The notes beneath the pieces are model-generated. The model worked only from the letters and a program-made list of their open reading frames with translations, was not told the DNA's origin and did no database searches. The position numbers and the translations under genes were made by a program. Positions 37,030 through 45,957 of a DNA stretch of 64,000 bases are shown here, one piece after another. The stretch is from a virus (Duplodnaviria; Heunggongvirae; Uroviricota; Caudoviricetes). The first letter of the stretch is position 1, and each line of letters opens with the position of its first letter. The stretch lies in the IMG/VR virus record IMGVR_UViG_3300046522_000748. One strand, written 5' to 3'.

Positions 37030-37512
37030 ATGATTAAACCGAATCAGCGTTTGCCATTTGTCTTCAACGACGGAGGTCGAGCAGCAGCTGGATTTCGTGG
37101 CAAGGCCGATGACTGTGTTGCGCGTGCAATATCCATAGCAGCCAATCTGCCTTATGCCGATGTGTATTCTGCTCTCGCAAAGGGGGTCGGCGCCGAGCGC
37201 GGCAGTAAAGGCGCAACAGCGCGAAACGGGGTGCATACCCGGCGCAAATGGTTCCGGGATTACATGAGCAGCCTTGGCTTTTCCTGGGTGCCGACGATGC
37301 GCATTGGCTCTGGCTGCACCACTCACCTGTCACAAGGCGAGTTGCCTATGGGGCGGTTGGTCGTCAGCCTCAGCAAGCACGCCGCCGCTGTGCTCGACGG
37401 GGTGATCCATGACACGTTTGACCCATCACGGGAGACGCAGGTCGTTGACCCTGATGGGCGCGTTCGAGTCGCGCACCGCTGTGTTTATGGCTACTGGATG
37501 CTGTCGGACTGA
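37030..37512 (+). CDS. putative papain-like/C39-like Cys-His-Asp protein
   Basis: DDCVARAISIA...KHAAAVLDGVIHDTFD...CVYGYW. Confidence 0.65.
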   Translation: MIKPNQRLPFVFNDGGRAAAGFRGKADDCVARAISIAANLPYADVYSALAKGVGAERGSKGATARNGVHTRRKWFRDYMSSLGFSWVPTMRIGSGCTTHLSQGELPMGRLVVSLSKHAAAVLDGVIHDTFDPSRETQVVDPDGRVRVAHRCVYGYWMLSD

Positions 37513-37518
37513 TCGGCA

Positions 37519-37878
37519 TCAGTCATCGACGTAACTCAACGTCCCAAATTTCACCTTGATGAAGTCGGCGCCGAACTTCTCTTGCATTAAGGCCAGCATT
37601 TCTACGACCAATGAGTCTCTGAGTAGGGCTTGTTTCCCTGTTGAGAAGACGGCTGCATCCAGGTCGATTTCACTGCTGATGTCTGAAGTAGACCGATAGC
37701 AGTTAGACAGATCCTTGCCATCCGCTCCAATAATCGGGTAATTCAGAAGCCACTTCTGTGGACTGTAAGGCATGGAGTAGAAGGCATCGCTAAGATGCTC
37801 AGGCAGACAATCCTCTGCATCGACCGGCATATTAAGCTCAAAATAATAGCCCGTGTAGTTCTGATAGCGGGAAAACAT
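37519..37878 (-). CDS. hypothetical protein
   Basis: AGGA RBS. Confidence 0.65.
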   Translation of the reverse strand: MFSRYQNYTGYYFELNMPVDAEDCLPEHLSDAFYSMPYSPQKWLLNYPIIGADGKDLSNCYRSTSDISSEIDLDAAVFSTGKQALLRDSLVVEMLALMQEKFGADFIKVKFGTLSYVDD

Positions 37879-37951
37879 GGGTAAGTCCTAATTCGTTTTT
37901 TCTTGTCCCATTGTACACCGACTGACAGTTTATTTGGCAACTCTGCAACGA

Positions 37952-37990
37952 AGTCATTGTGATTGACTTTTTCCAGTGTTTTGCTATAAT
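37952..37990 (+). promoter_or_regulatory. sigma70 promoter with symmetric variant operator AGTCA-N7-TGACT
   Basis: TTGACT-16-TATAAT; both half-sites changed symmetrically. Confidence 0.8.
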
Positions 37991-38022
37991 AAATCTTAAC
38001 AACTTACCCAACGGGGCATCCT

Positions 38023-38484
38023 ATGAGTCAAGTAGCATCTGAATTTGTTGGCAAATTGGCTGACCTGTCCGGCTTCACGCTGGAGAAGCTTCAAGCCATC
38101 GGTTTTCAGGAACAGGCAGACGAATTGATCCAGCGCGGGGTGACGCCGGAGACCTGTGCCCAGTGGCTCGAAGCAGTGCAGATCATCGTTGTCGAGATCG
38201 AGCAGGAAAAAAGCGTAAACATGTTTACCGAGGGTTTCGATCTTAAGATCTATTCGGGGCAGGATGGCGTCTTTCTGCGTAAAGAGCAGGAAGCTCTGCG
38301 GATGCCCTACATGACCGAGCATATCGTGGATGAAGAGAATGTCCGCGCCGAATCGAAAGTCATGGTCGAGATCTACCCGGATCGTCGAGTGGTGACTAAC
38401 GTTGAGGACGATGAGTACCTCGAAGAGCAGCTCGACTTTCTTTCGGATGAAGGTTGGGCGCTGCTGAAAGACGCCATGTGTTAA
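38023..38484 (+). CDS. acidic hypothetical protein (paralog of 47358..47861)
   Basis: FVGKLADLSGFTLEKLQAIGF vs FIQRLSVLSDLSVERLNAIGY. Confidence 0.7.
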   Translation: MSQVASEFVGKLADLSGFTLEKLQAIGFQEQADELIQRGVTPETCAQWLEAVQIIVVEIEQEKSVNMFTEGFDLKIYSGQDGVFLRKEQEALRMPYMTEHIVDEENVRAESKVMVEIYPDRRVVTNVEDDEYLEEQLDFLSDEGWALLKDAMC

Positions 38485-38617
38485 TGCTTTAGAACTCATT
38501 ATTGCCTGGGGAGTGTCCGGGTAAATGAAGATGGAGGCCGGTTGCAGTTAATTCTGCACCGGCCTTTTCTATTTCCCGAACAATGTTCCATAACAACCCA
38601 ATAAAATGATTTTACCA

Positions 38618-38646
38618 TTGACATTTAGTGGATAGTTCGTTATTAT
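38618..38646 (+). promoter_or_regulatory. sigma70 promoter TTGACA-17-TATTAT
   Basis: upstream of the RNA ligase leader. Confidence 0.75.
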
Positions 38647-38651
38647 CTTAT

Positions 38652-38735
38652 CCATCGCTTCATCCGCGATTGGCGGCTAGACGGGGACTCGAAAACCCTC
38701 TAACCCACCGGGGCTCATAACCCCGAGGAAAAGCC
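38652..38735 (+). ncRNA. structured 5' leader containing an initiator-tRNA anticodon stem-loop mimic
   Basis: CGGGG-CTCATAA-CCCCG (38709-38725) abutting AGGA RBS; upstream hairpin with CTCGAAA loop. Confidence 0.5.
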
Positions 38736-39347
38736 ATGAAAAAGATGAAAACTGTGTTTGTTATTGACCGTGAAAACGGTAGTGTTGCCACCCCTGAAGT
38801 CGTTTCTGACTCCGCGTGGGTGTTGAATGGTGAAGGTGTCGCGACCATCAAACGCGACGGTACTTCGAGCCGTGTGAAAGACGGCAAGCTGTTCAAACGG
38901 ATGGATCGCAAACTGACCAAGACCTTCGGGTTCGAGTTCAGGCGTAACCCAGGGTTGGTGCTTGAGGACTATATGTTCAAAGGTGCGCATGAGGACTGGG
39001 AAGCGTGCGAGCCTGCCCCGGACAAAAAGACCGGCCATTGGCCGGGCTGGTTGCCGGTTGATCCAAGTGATCCAGCTAATGAGTGGCACGTCGAGGCCTT
39101 CTCGGCAGCAGGATCTCTGGAAGACGGCACCTACGAGTTGGTAGGCCCGAAAATTCAGAACAACAAATATGGCCTTGATCGCCATGTGCTGATGAAGCAT
39201 GGCGAAGAGGTGGTGGATGTTGATCGTAGTTTTGAAGGTCTTAAGGCATGGCTTGAGGCCAACGAGGTCGAAGGTCTTGTGTTCCATCATCCCGATGGTC
39301 GCATGGCTAAGCTTCGTCGTAAGGACTTCGGTATTGCCTGGGCATGA
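38736..39347 (+). CDS. RNA ligase-like nucleotidyltransferase (DUF5565/Rnl-type)
   Basis: motif I ATIKRDGT, GTYELVGPKIQNN, motif IV EGLVFH, motif V RMAKLR. Confidence 0.75.
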   Translation: MKKMKTVFVIDRENGSVATPEVVSDSAWVLNGEGVATIKRDGTSSRVKDGKLFKRMDRKLTKTFGFEFRRNPGLVLEDYMFKGAHEDWEACEPAPDKKTGHWPGWLPVDPSDPANEWHVEAFSAAGSLEDGTYELVGPKIQNNKYGLDRHVLMKHGEEVVDVDRSFEGLKAWLEANEVEGLVFHHPDGRMAKLRRKDFGIAWA

Positions 39348-39353
39348 AGCAAA

Positions 39354-39390
39354 CAAAATCCGGACGGGGTGACCTGTCCGGATTTTTGTC
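39354..39390 (+). terminator. intrinsic terminator
   Basis: AAAATCCGGAC..GTCCGGATTTTT. Confidence 0.75.
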
Positions 39391-39448
39391 TTTTGATGGC
39401 AATTAATTGGTATTATGTCGGTAGACCTTACTCTGCCGGAGCTATCTC

Positions 39449-39895
39449 ATGAAAGTTGCCTCTCTTCTGCTGCTGATTGCAGCCACCTGTTATCAGTCCA
39501 TTTCCATGGCTGACTGCTCAGCATCCTCACCCCAGCAGGTAACGAAACAATTCTATGGCTGGTACTTCAAAAGCTATAGCGAGGGCGTGTTCCCACTGGA
39601 AGATAATTCGCCAGAATTAAAGCGCTATGTGTCAGGACGCCTAATAAAAAGTCTTCATGAGACGTTCATCAGGCCTGATGTGATGCCGGATGATTACTTC
39701 TTCAAGGCTCAGGATTACTTTAAAGAATGGCTGACCAATATGAGTGTCAGTGATCTTGAGGTGAGCGACACTGCTGCAAGAGAGCATGTGGAGCTGGCCA
39801 AGGGCACAGAGGCCGCGCAGGAGGTGTTTGTAAAACTGGCCAAGGAAAAGGGTTGCTGGAAGGTAATTGAGGTCGAGGGAGCGCCTATGGCTTGA
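39449..39895 (+). CDS. exported DUF3828 (YbjP/YqhG-like) protein
   Basis: signal peptide; PQQVTKQFYGWY, LKRYVS, DDYFFKAQDY..EW, WKVIEV. Confidence 0.8.
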   Translation: MKVASLLLLIAATCYQSISMADCSASSPQQVTKQFYGWYFKSYSEGVFPLEDNSPELKRYVSGRLIKSLHETFIRPDVMPDDYFFKAQDYFKEWLTNMSVSDLEVSDTAAREHVELAKGTEAAQEVFVKLAKEKGCWKVIEVEGAPMA

Positions 39896-39930
39896 TCCTG
39901 GCGCCCTCCTCCAATGCAGCTAAACGCCTG

Positions 39931-40134
39931 TTAGTAGTTTCTGGAGCATTTGCAGTTTTGTTCATAAAACACAGCAGCGACCGCATCCGGTACGGATTCA
40001 GGTTGGACTTGCAGAGATCCACCATTGCTGCTCAGGCATAGGCAGCCTGTTTCAAAATACTCCCTTACAAATTTTACACGCTCAGCTTCTTTTTCTACTT
40101 GGGCCTGGGTGAGGTTGGTTACTGTGTCAGTCAT
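39931..40134 (-). CDS. small Cys-containing hypothetical protein
   Basis: TAAGGA RBS. Confidence 0.6.
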   Translation of the reverse strand: MTDTVTNLTQAQVEKEAERVKFVREYFETGCLCLSSNGGSLQVQPESVPDAVAAVFYEQNCKCSRNY

Positions 40135-40302
40135 GATAAGTCCTTATTAATTAATAATGCATAATTGCTACTGCCTTGGTTAATGAGACGAACAGTTGAT
40201 ATCTGTTTAAATGACAAAACCCGGCGATGTAGTGATCATACTACATTGCCGGGTTGATTGAACCATTGACCGTTCCTTCGGAACAAAGATTCCAGCAGGT
40301 GG

Positions 40303-40971
40303 TTATGCGTGTAGCACCTCGGGTAGATCGACCAGCTTGCATTCTTCGCCGTCGAAATGCCAGCGCCACTGAACCTTTTCACCTTCGCACAGCACCAGAA
40401 CGGAGCTGTCGTTGTCTTCAATCAGCTCGCCCAGCATGTCGGCATATTCGATGATGCTGCCGGGTGGGTACGGTCGGATGATGTTGGCAAGCATGGCTGC
40501 TTTAGCCTGCGCAGCTTCGGCTTCCAGGCGCTCAAGCTTGTACAGCGGGTTCTTGATTTCCACCAGGAACTGGCACAGTTCACCCAGGGTGTCTGATTTG
40601 CGCAATGGCAGGCGAAATTCTTCGATCTTGCACAGGTGCTGACGCAGCACCTGATATTGAGGCGTCTCTGCCACAAAAAGGTCACTGACCGTCACGCTCT
40701 CGTGCAGGCCGTGAAGCTTGCGCAGCTGCTCAATGGCGCCCTCTACAGCGGCCAGTTCCTTGTGCGGAGTCATGACTCCGTTGAACACGTAGACGTGGTA
40801 AGGATCTGGACGGCCTTCGCCATTCTCACTGCGAAAAGCGGCGTTCTTTTGGGCGCAGGCTTCTTGCGCCGCCAACGCGTCGGCGTACAACACGTGATCC
40901 GTGAAGCTTTTAGCGAACGGGTTTGTGGCGACAAAGCAAAGGGAAAGCCAGCTGTGCTTGATGGCGCTCAT
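40303..40971 (-). CDS. hypothetical protein
   Basis: AGGA RBS, directly after promoter. Confidence 0.7.
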   Translation of the reverse strand: MSAIKHSWLSLCFVATNPFAKSFTDHVLYADALAAQEACAQKNAAFRSENGEGRPDPYHVYVFNGVMTPHKELAAVEGAIEQLRKLHGLHESVTVSDLFVAETPQYQVLRQHLCKIEEFRLPLRKSDTLGELCQFLVEIKNPLYKLERLEAEAAQAKAAMLANIIRPYPPGSIIEYADMLGELIEDNDSSVLVLCEGEKVQWRWHFDGEECKLVDLPEVLHA

Positions 40972-41004
40972 TTCGCGAATTCCTGTGACTGAGAATATAG
41001 GCCC

Positions 41005-41044
41005 ATTATAAACAACAGCGCCACCAATGTCAATATGAATGACA
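41005..41044 (-). promoter_or_regulatory. sigma70 promoter with exact operator (41028-41044) inside a long hairpin
   Basis: TTGACA-17-TATAAT; flanking arms CAGCGCCACCA/TGGTGGCGCTG. Confidence 0.85.
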
Positions 41045-41081
41045 ATGGTGGCGCTGGTTAATATCCTGCCCTTGCTAGTGA

Positions 41082-41885
41082 TCAGGCCAGCTTTTTGTTG
41101 ATCCTTGCCAGTTCCTGTTCCAGTTGCAGGCGTTTGGCTTCCAACGCTTCGCGCTCCACGCCGCTCAGAAAGTTTTCATGCACGCAGTTGAGCAGCGCTG
41201 GGCCTAGTTCGCTAGGCAGAATCGTTTGTGTGCGGCCTTCACAGTTCAGGCTCAGATCCTTCACATCACGTCCATTCAAGACCACTTGGGTATCTTCGAT
41301 AAACATCATCTCGGCGTGGCGTTTGCGCAGATACTTCGCGTTGGCTTTGAACTCTTCAGCGATTTCTTCCAGGCGGGCTGCCGCTTCTGCCGCTGTGTCG
41401 AAAGACTTCTTATCGAACAGGTATCCAAGGCCAAGACGAACAGTGGAAACGCCATTGATACCGACCTTCTCCGGGTCGATGAACAGGATCGCATCGGCGT
41501 CCGACACTTCGACATCGTAGCCGCTATTTTGAAGGCTGAACTTCGAGTCTGTGACGCGGAACGTTGGCATACCTTTGAATGCAACGACATAACCGAAGAT
41601 TGCCGGATCACCGGGGTGCTTTTTGAGCAATACCGGCTCATCGTTGTACGTCGCTGGCGCGTTCACATCGATTTGAACCGGCTCGCCACCGAAGAAGCTT
41701 GCGAAGCGTTTGCGCGTGTCGTAGCGCTGCTGCGAGATCTTCAACGACGGCTCGGCGGTGGTGTGTCCGCTGAACACGGCCTTGTAACCACCGTCAGGCT
41801 GCGTCGAGCAATTGAAATTCAGCAGTGCCACTGGCCCCAGTGTGGGCGACAGTACCAGACCGAACATTTGTTTCAAGTCTTCCAT
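41082..41885 (-). CDS. hypothetical protein, family A copy 1
   Basis: GLVLSPTLGPVALL, VSDADAILFID, C-terminal coiled coil. Confidence 0.75.
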   Translation of the reverse strand: MEDLKQMFGLVLSPTLGPVALLNFNCSTQPDGGYKAVFSGHTTAEPSLKISQQRYDTRKRFASFFGGEPVQIDVNAPATYNDEPVLLKKHPGDPAIFGYVVAFKGMPTFRVTDSKFSLQNSGYDVEVSDADAILFIDPEKVGINGVSTVRLGLGYLFDKKSFDTAAEAAARLEEIAEEFKANAKYLRKRHAEMMFIEDTQVVLNGRDVKDLSLNCEGRTQTILPSELGPALLNCVHENFLSGVEREALEAKRLQLEQELARINKKLA

Positions 41886-41943
41886 GTGCAGTACCTCCAA
41901 ATCGTGTTGTAGTTACACATTGAGCCGGTGTCAGCGAGGCTGA

Positions 41944-42570
41944 TTAGCAGTGACCATCGATGTGCAATTTGATGGTGATGTCATCCATGCTGATCAGGAC
42001 ATCTTCCTGACCCTCTTCGAGTTTCCAGAGGCGCCGCTCGCCATATGTGTGTTGAATATCCAGGCGCTTGCGATCTATTTGATTCAAGCGGCGAATACCA
42101 ATTTCTCGGCCTTGGTAAATTGCCTTGCTGTTGATGACGGTATCGGCGTTATGGTGGAAAACCACGTCTTCGCCAATTTCATCTTCATCGGACAGAAACG
42201 TCGGCTCTTTCTTGTTGATCGTGCGAAACAGATCGATGAAGTCACTGAAGGCTTTGTGGGCTTCTGCGTCAACAAAGGAAAAGCCTGGATAGCTGCTGCG
42301 GCCACTCATCTGGATGGCCACAAGTACGAGCTTGCCATCCAGGAAGTACGCAACACGACCGCAATGGGTGTCAGAGTCCTCCCACTTGTTCAGCCAGTAG
42401 CCCTTCAGGCGCGTACGGAAGTGTTCGGCGTTCGATTGCCACCAGTCCCAACTCTGTTCCAGATCATCGATATCGAACTGATCAGCTATGGTCTCTTCGA
42501 AGTTAGGCACGCAACCTTCGTTTTCTTTGGTGCGAGTGACGCGCTGGGCGGCTTCGAGCAGCTTCAACAT
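41944..42570 (-). CDS. hypothetical phage-type protein
   Basis: AAGGA RBS; YWLNKW...DTHCG..AYFLD. Confidence 0.7.
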   Translation of the reverse strand: MLKLLEAAQRVTRTKENEGCVPNFEETIADQFDIDDLEQSWDWWQSNAEHFRTRLKGYWLNKWEDSDTHCGRVAYFLDGKLVLVAIQMSGRSSYPGFSFVDAEAHKAFSDFIDLFRTINKKEPTFLSDEDEIGEDVVFHHNADTVINSKAIYQGREIGIRRLNQIDRKRLDIQHTYGERRLWKLEEGQEDVLISMDDITIKLHIDGHC

Positions 42571-42640
42571 GATTCTGTCCTTCTGGTGCGCGAGGGGTTT
42601 GTCAAACGCATCCAGAAGATGCTGACTGTTTGTGTCGATC

Positions 42641-42680
42641 ATTATATTCAAATAATGGCCAAATGTCAATCATGTTGACA
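42641..42680 (-). promoter_or_regulatory. sigma70 promoter with exact operator (42664-42680)
   Basis: TTGACA-17-TATAAT; TGTCA-ATCATGT-TGACA. Confidence 0.85.
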
Positions 42681-42731
42681 ACAAAAAGCCAGCCATTTGA
42701 AGTGGCTGGCTATCGGGTGCTGCGCAGGTCG

Positions 42732-43232
42732 TCACTTTACATTGATGGTTTCGATGTAATTGACGGCCATGCGGCGAAACTCGCTGGTTTCGTGATATTC
42801 GAAACTGATGCTCTCTTCAGCGCACACTTCGGCCACGACGCCCATTACGAAGTCCTTGAAGGTTTGCATGTCTTCGCGTTGGAACGGCCCGCCTTCCAGG
42901 CTCATGGTGATGTCGAACAGTTCGATGTCGCTATGCGTTTCCTCTGAAGGGCCTGCATAACCACTGAAGTTATACGGCGTGAACCAGTTGTCGCCTTTGG
43001 TTTCGCCGTCAGGGTACACTTTCATGAACGGCAGGCTGTCAATGCCACGCTCCATGCACAAGGCATTGATTTTCATCGCGACGGGTTCCGCACGCATGTA
43101 GGCGTTCCCAGCCTCATCAGCCTTCAAAAGTTCTTCAAAATATTCTTCCTTGTTCAGAAAGAAGAAAACCGTCAGTTCCGCATAGGTGCAAAAACGGTTG
43201 GTCTCGCGGATCGCCGAAGGCTCAGTGCTCAT
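42732..43232 (-). CDS. acidic hypothetical protein
   Basis: start adjusted to MSTEPS. Confidence 0.65.
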   Translation of the reverse strand: MSTEPSAIRETNRFCTYAELTVFFFLNKEEYFEELLKADEAGNAYMRAEPVAMKINALCMERGIDSLPFMKVYPDGETKGDNWFTPYNFSGYAGPSEETHSDIELFDITMSLEGGPFQREDMQTFKDFVMGVVAEVCAEESISFEYHETSEFRRMAVNYIETINVK

Positions 43233-43317
43233 GTTTATTCCCTGATCTTTTAATGTTGAATGGAGCGTATCGAAAACGGCCCCCGGCGTCATCTTGAGCC
43301 AGGGGCGTTTGCGGTGT

Positions 43318-44127
43318 TTAGCCGAGCTTGGCCAGCTCTTGAGATGTTTTTTCCAGCTGCTCCGCCAATGTTTTTTGCTGTTTCGTCAGCTCTTCCTTGC
43401 GTTGAGCGGTGCTGATGTTTTTCATCAACTGCTCACGAAGCAACTTGAGGACGAAAGCAGGTTCTGCCTTTTGGGTTCTGCCGGTAATGGACAGACGCCC
43501 AACGAAGCAGTCATCGATGTTCACGTTCAAATCGACTGGCGGGTCTGCCAAAAACCCAGCGGCGGCACACTTCGCATCAAAGTCATCGGCAGTTTTGAGC
43601 AGGTTCTGTGCGGCCTCACGCAACGCATTTGAGGCTTCATTCGAGGTTTTAAACAGAACGGCGCCGTCTTGTGCTGCTGTGAACAGGTTGAAATCTGCGC
43701 GAACTGTCGATTCGCCAGAAAAGGTTTGCTCGCCGATGTCCAAGAACATCATGGCAGCCGCATCACTAACGGTCAGCAGCGGTCGATTGGGATTGTTGCG
43801 GTGCATGTGATCACTATCACCCACAGTGAATGGTGGGATACCACTCATATCGACCACGTGGCCAGTCAGGGTAAGAGGCTTGCCGTCGTTGTTTACAACC
43901 ACCGGCTGACCATTGAAAAGGCCATCGTGTCCTGGTCTGTGGATTCGGTAATCCGTGAAGTAGCTGCGCATGACGGCTTCGTAATTACCGGCCTTGCGAT
44001 CCAGTTCATTGCCGTAGTACTTCACGCTCCACTCGTGGGGGGTTTTTGCACGCAAGCTCTCGAAGCACACCAAGCCGCAAATCGACATGGATGGGGACAG
44101 TACCAGACCGTAGATTTTCTGTTTCAT
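43318..44127 (-). CDS. hypothetical protein, family A copy 2
   Basis: GLVLSPSMSICGLV, VSDAAAMMFLD, ELAKLG. Confidence 0.75.
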   Translation of the reverse strand: MKQKIYGLVLSPSMSICGLVCFESLRAKTPHEWSVKYYGNELDRKAGNYEAVMRSYFTDYRIHRPGHDGLFNGQPVVVNNDGKPLTLTGHVVDMSGIPPFTVGDSDHMHRNNPNRPLLTVSDAAAMMFLDIGEQTFSGESTVRADFNLFTAAQDGAVLFKTSNEASNALREAAQNLLKTADDFDAKCAAAGFLADPPVDLNVNIDDCFVGRLSITGRTQKAEPAFVLKLLREQLMKNISTAQRKEELTKQQKTLAEQLEKTSQELAKLG

Positions 44128-44159
44128 GAGCGAATCTCGCGTGTTTGAATATGGAGAGA

Positions 44160-44199
44160 ATTATAACGCCACCTCCATGCAATGTCAATGTAATTGACA
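44160..44199 (-). promoter_or_regulatory. sigma70 promoter with exact operator (44183-44199)
   Basis: TTGACA-17-TATAAT; TGTCA-ATGTAAT-TGACA. Confidence 0.85.
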
Positions 44200-44272
44200 T
44201 CAAGTGCCGGGCTTGCTCCCGAATAAATAAAGCCCGACAGAGCCGGGCTTATAATCAATCGATTTTTGTTGG

Positions 44273-45058
44273 CTACAGCTTGGCCAGCTCGTTGAGGGCG
44301 TCTTCACGTTCTTGATCAAGCCGTGCCAGTTTGGCGTTCAGGCGCTGTTTTTGATCGTACTTCACATGGAACTGGGCCAGGGCGGAGGACAGGATGCGCC
44401 GCACTTCGTCAGGCTTGGCTGATTTGGTGGCGCCTACTGCGCTGAGCGTCGCTGTACCGTCGCCGTCCTTGATCAGTCGCGCTTTCACATGGTTCTGGTC
44501 GATGAAGTTGGCACTCTCTACTTCTTCATGAAAGTGATCACGCTTTCGGGTCATTTCTTCCATCATCTTGGACAGTGCGCTCGAAACACTCTCACTACCA
44601 ATGCCCTCAAACTCATCATAGGCAGGCAGCTTCACTTGAACATGAGCATGGCCACCCATTTGCGGCTGCGCCATGTCCAGGATCATGATGGCGTCAGCGT
44701 CCGTGACGGTCATCTTAAAATCATGAGAAGGCGCTCGATGCTCCAACTCGAATTCCGAGAAGTGCATTGGAAAAACAAAGCCGTTTACATTTTCGGGGCC
44801 GTGGTCGCGAACGATATTTACTTGCTTCCCGTTGTGCAGGTACGAACCACTGCCGTTTTCCAGATTGAAAACATGCTTGCCCAGTACTGTGGAAAAGAAC
44901 CGTTGGATGCCGGGGGATTTATCGTACATACCGAGACTGTTGAACACAAAGCCATCGCGGAATTTCACCATGCTCAGCAGCATGACTGGGCCAAGCGATG
45001 CGGACAGCACAAGCGCAAGGCGGAAATTGGTTGGAGAGCTGGACATTGGAATAGCCAT
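44273..45058 (-). CDS. hypothetical protein, family A copy 3
   Basis: ALVLSASLGPVMLL, VTDADAIMILD, ELAKL. Confidence 0.75.
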   Translation of the reverse strand: MAIPMSSSPTNFRLALVLSASLGPVMLLSMVKFRDGFVFNSLGMYDKSPGIQRFFSTVLGKHVFNLENGSGSYLHNGKQVNIVRDHGPENVNGFVFPMHFSEFELEHRAPSHDFKMTVTDADAIMILDMAQPQMGGHAHVQVKLPAYDEFEGIGSESVSSALSKMMEEMTRKRDHFHEEVESANFIDQNHVKARLIKDGDGTATLSAVGATKSAKPDEVRRILSSALAQFHVKYDQKQRLNAKLARLDQEREDALNELAKL

Positions 45059-45143
45059 GGGTGAATTCCTTTAATCTCGATATTATTTGATTTGGGCAGG
45101 CAGCGTTTACAGCGGCCTGCTTACGCAGAATGGCCCAGCGGGG

Positions 45144-45527
45144 TTAGGCTTCCTGGGTTTCCTTCGCTGCGGGCGCCTTGCCTGCCTTGTGTGCTTGATA
45201 GGCGGCAAACTGCTCATCGCACCACTGATCAAGCGTTTTTTCGCCTTGTTTGAGCTGGTGATAGCCGTTTTGAACGCCTTTCCAGAAGTTATGATCAAAA
45301 ATGGTCGCTTCATTGTTGAAACGCGAATTAGGATCAACAATCACATCATGCGACATTTTGCTGCCCCAGACTTCAAAGGCTTCCTCGATGAGCACGTAAT
45401 TGGCGATCTTTTCCCAGGCATCAGTCAGGCTTTTGCCGACCACTATGTAATCGAGCAGCTTTACGGCATGCAGCTCATTCGGGCCTTTGTTGACCGGACT
45501 AACAGCGATGATGTGGTAGATGCTCAT
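45144..45527 (-). CDS. hypothetical protein
   Basis: after TTGCCT-17-TATACT promoter with variant operator at 45557-45573. Confidence 0.65.
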   Translation of the reverse strand: MSIYHIIAVSPVNKGPNELHAVKLLDYIVVGKSLTDAWEKIANYVLIEEAFEVWGSKMSHDVIVDPNSRFNNEATIFDHNFWKGVQNGYHQLKQGEKTLDQWCDEQFAAYQAHKAGKAPAAKETQEA

Positions 45528-45608
45528 GTTCAGGAAACCTGCCTTTGAGTAGGTAATGTCAATAGTATAAACATACATACTGAAAAAGGCAAGCTTTCCC
45601 TGCTCGAA

Positions 45609-45953
45609 TTAGCGCTTTTTGGTGCGGAACAACTGGCTCAGTCGGCGCCGAAGTTTGGACTCTGGTTCAGCGCTCGGCATCGGCATCCAGCAAACAGGCG
45701 TAATGAAAAGAGGCTTCCAGCGCACTGGCAGCGGGCAGTCGCCCCCTTCCCCGCTGTACCGTGAGGGTGCTATGCCTATCCAGCTGAGGGTGCCATTCTC
45801 GACCTGTCCTGGCGAGCCGCCAATATAGTTCATGTAGCAAGCTGGCATTACGTTCCAATGCTCGCCATTAGGTGTCTCGGTCACCAAGATTACTGTGCCA
45901 TCCATGGGGGCGCTGGTCATTGGCAGCCAGCCATCGCACCCGGTGCGAGGCAT
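45609..45953 (-). CDS. DUF551-like protein
   Basis: WLPMTSAPMDGTVILV...PVCWMPMP. Confidence 0.65.
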   Translation of the reverse strand: MPRTGCDGWLPMTSAPMDGTVILVTETPNGEHWNVMPACYMNYIGGSPGQVENGTLSWIGIAPSRYSGEGGDCPLPVRWKPLFITPVCWMPMPSAEPESKLRRRLSQLFRTKKR

Positions 45954-45957
45954 CTTT

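Noticed and set aside
38671-38735. tRNA gene on the minus strand (…TTCGAGTCCCCGTCTAGCCGCCA resembles a T-loop plus CCA end)
   Set aside because: No matching 5' T-stem, D-arm or 5' acceptor strand; a cloverleaf cannot be built. A degenerate tRNA or att remnant is not excluded.
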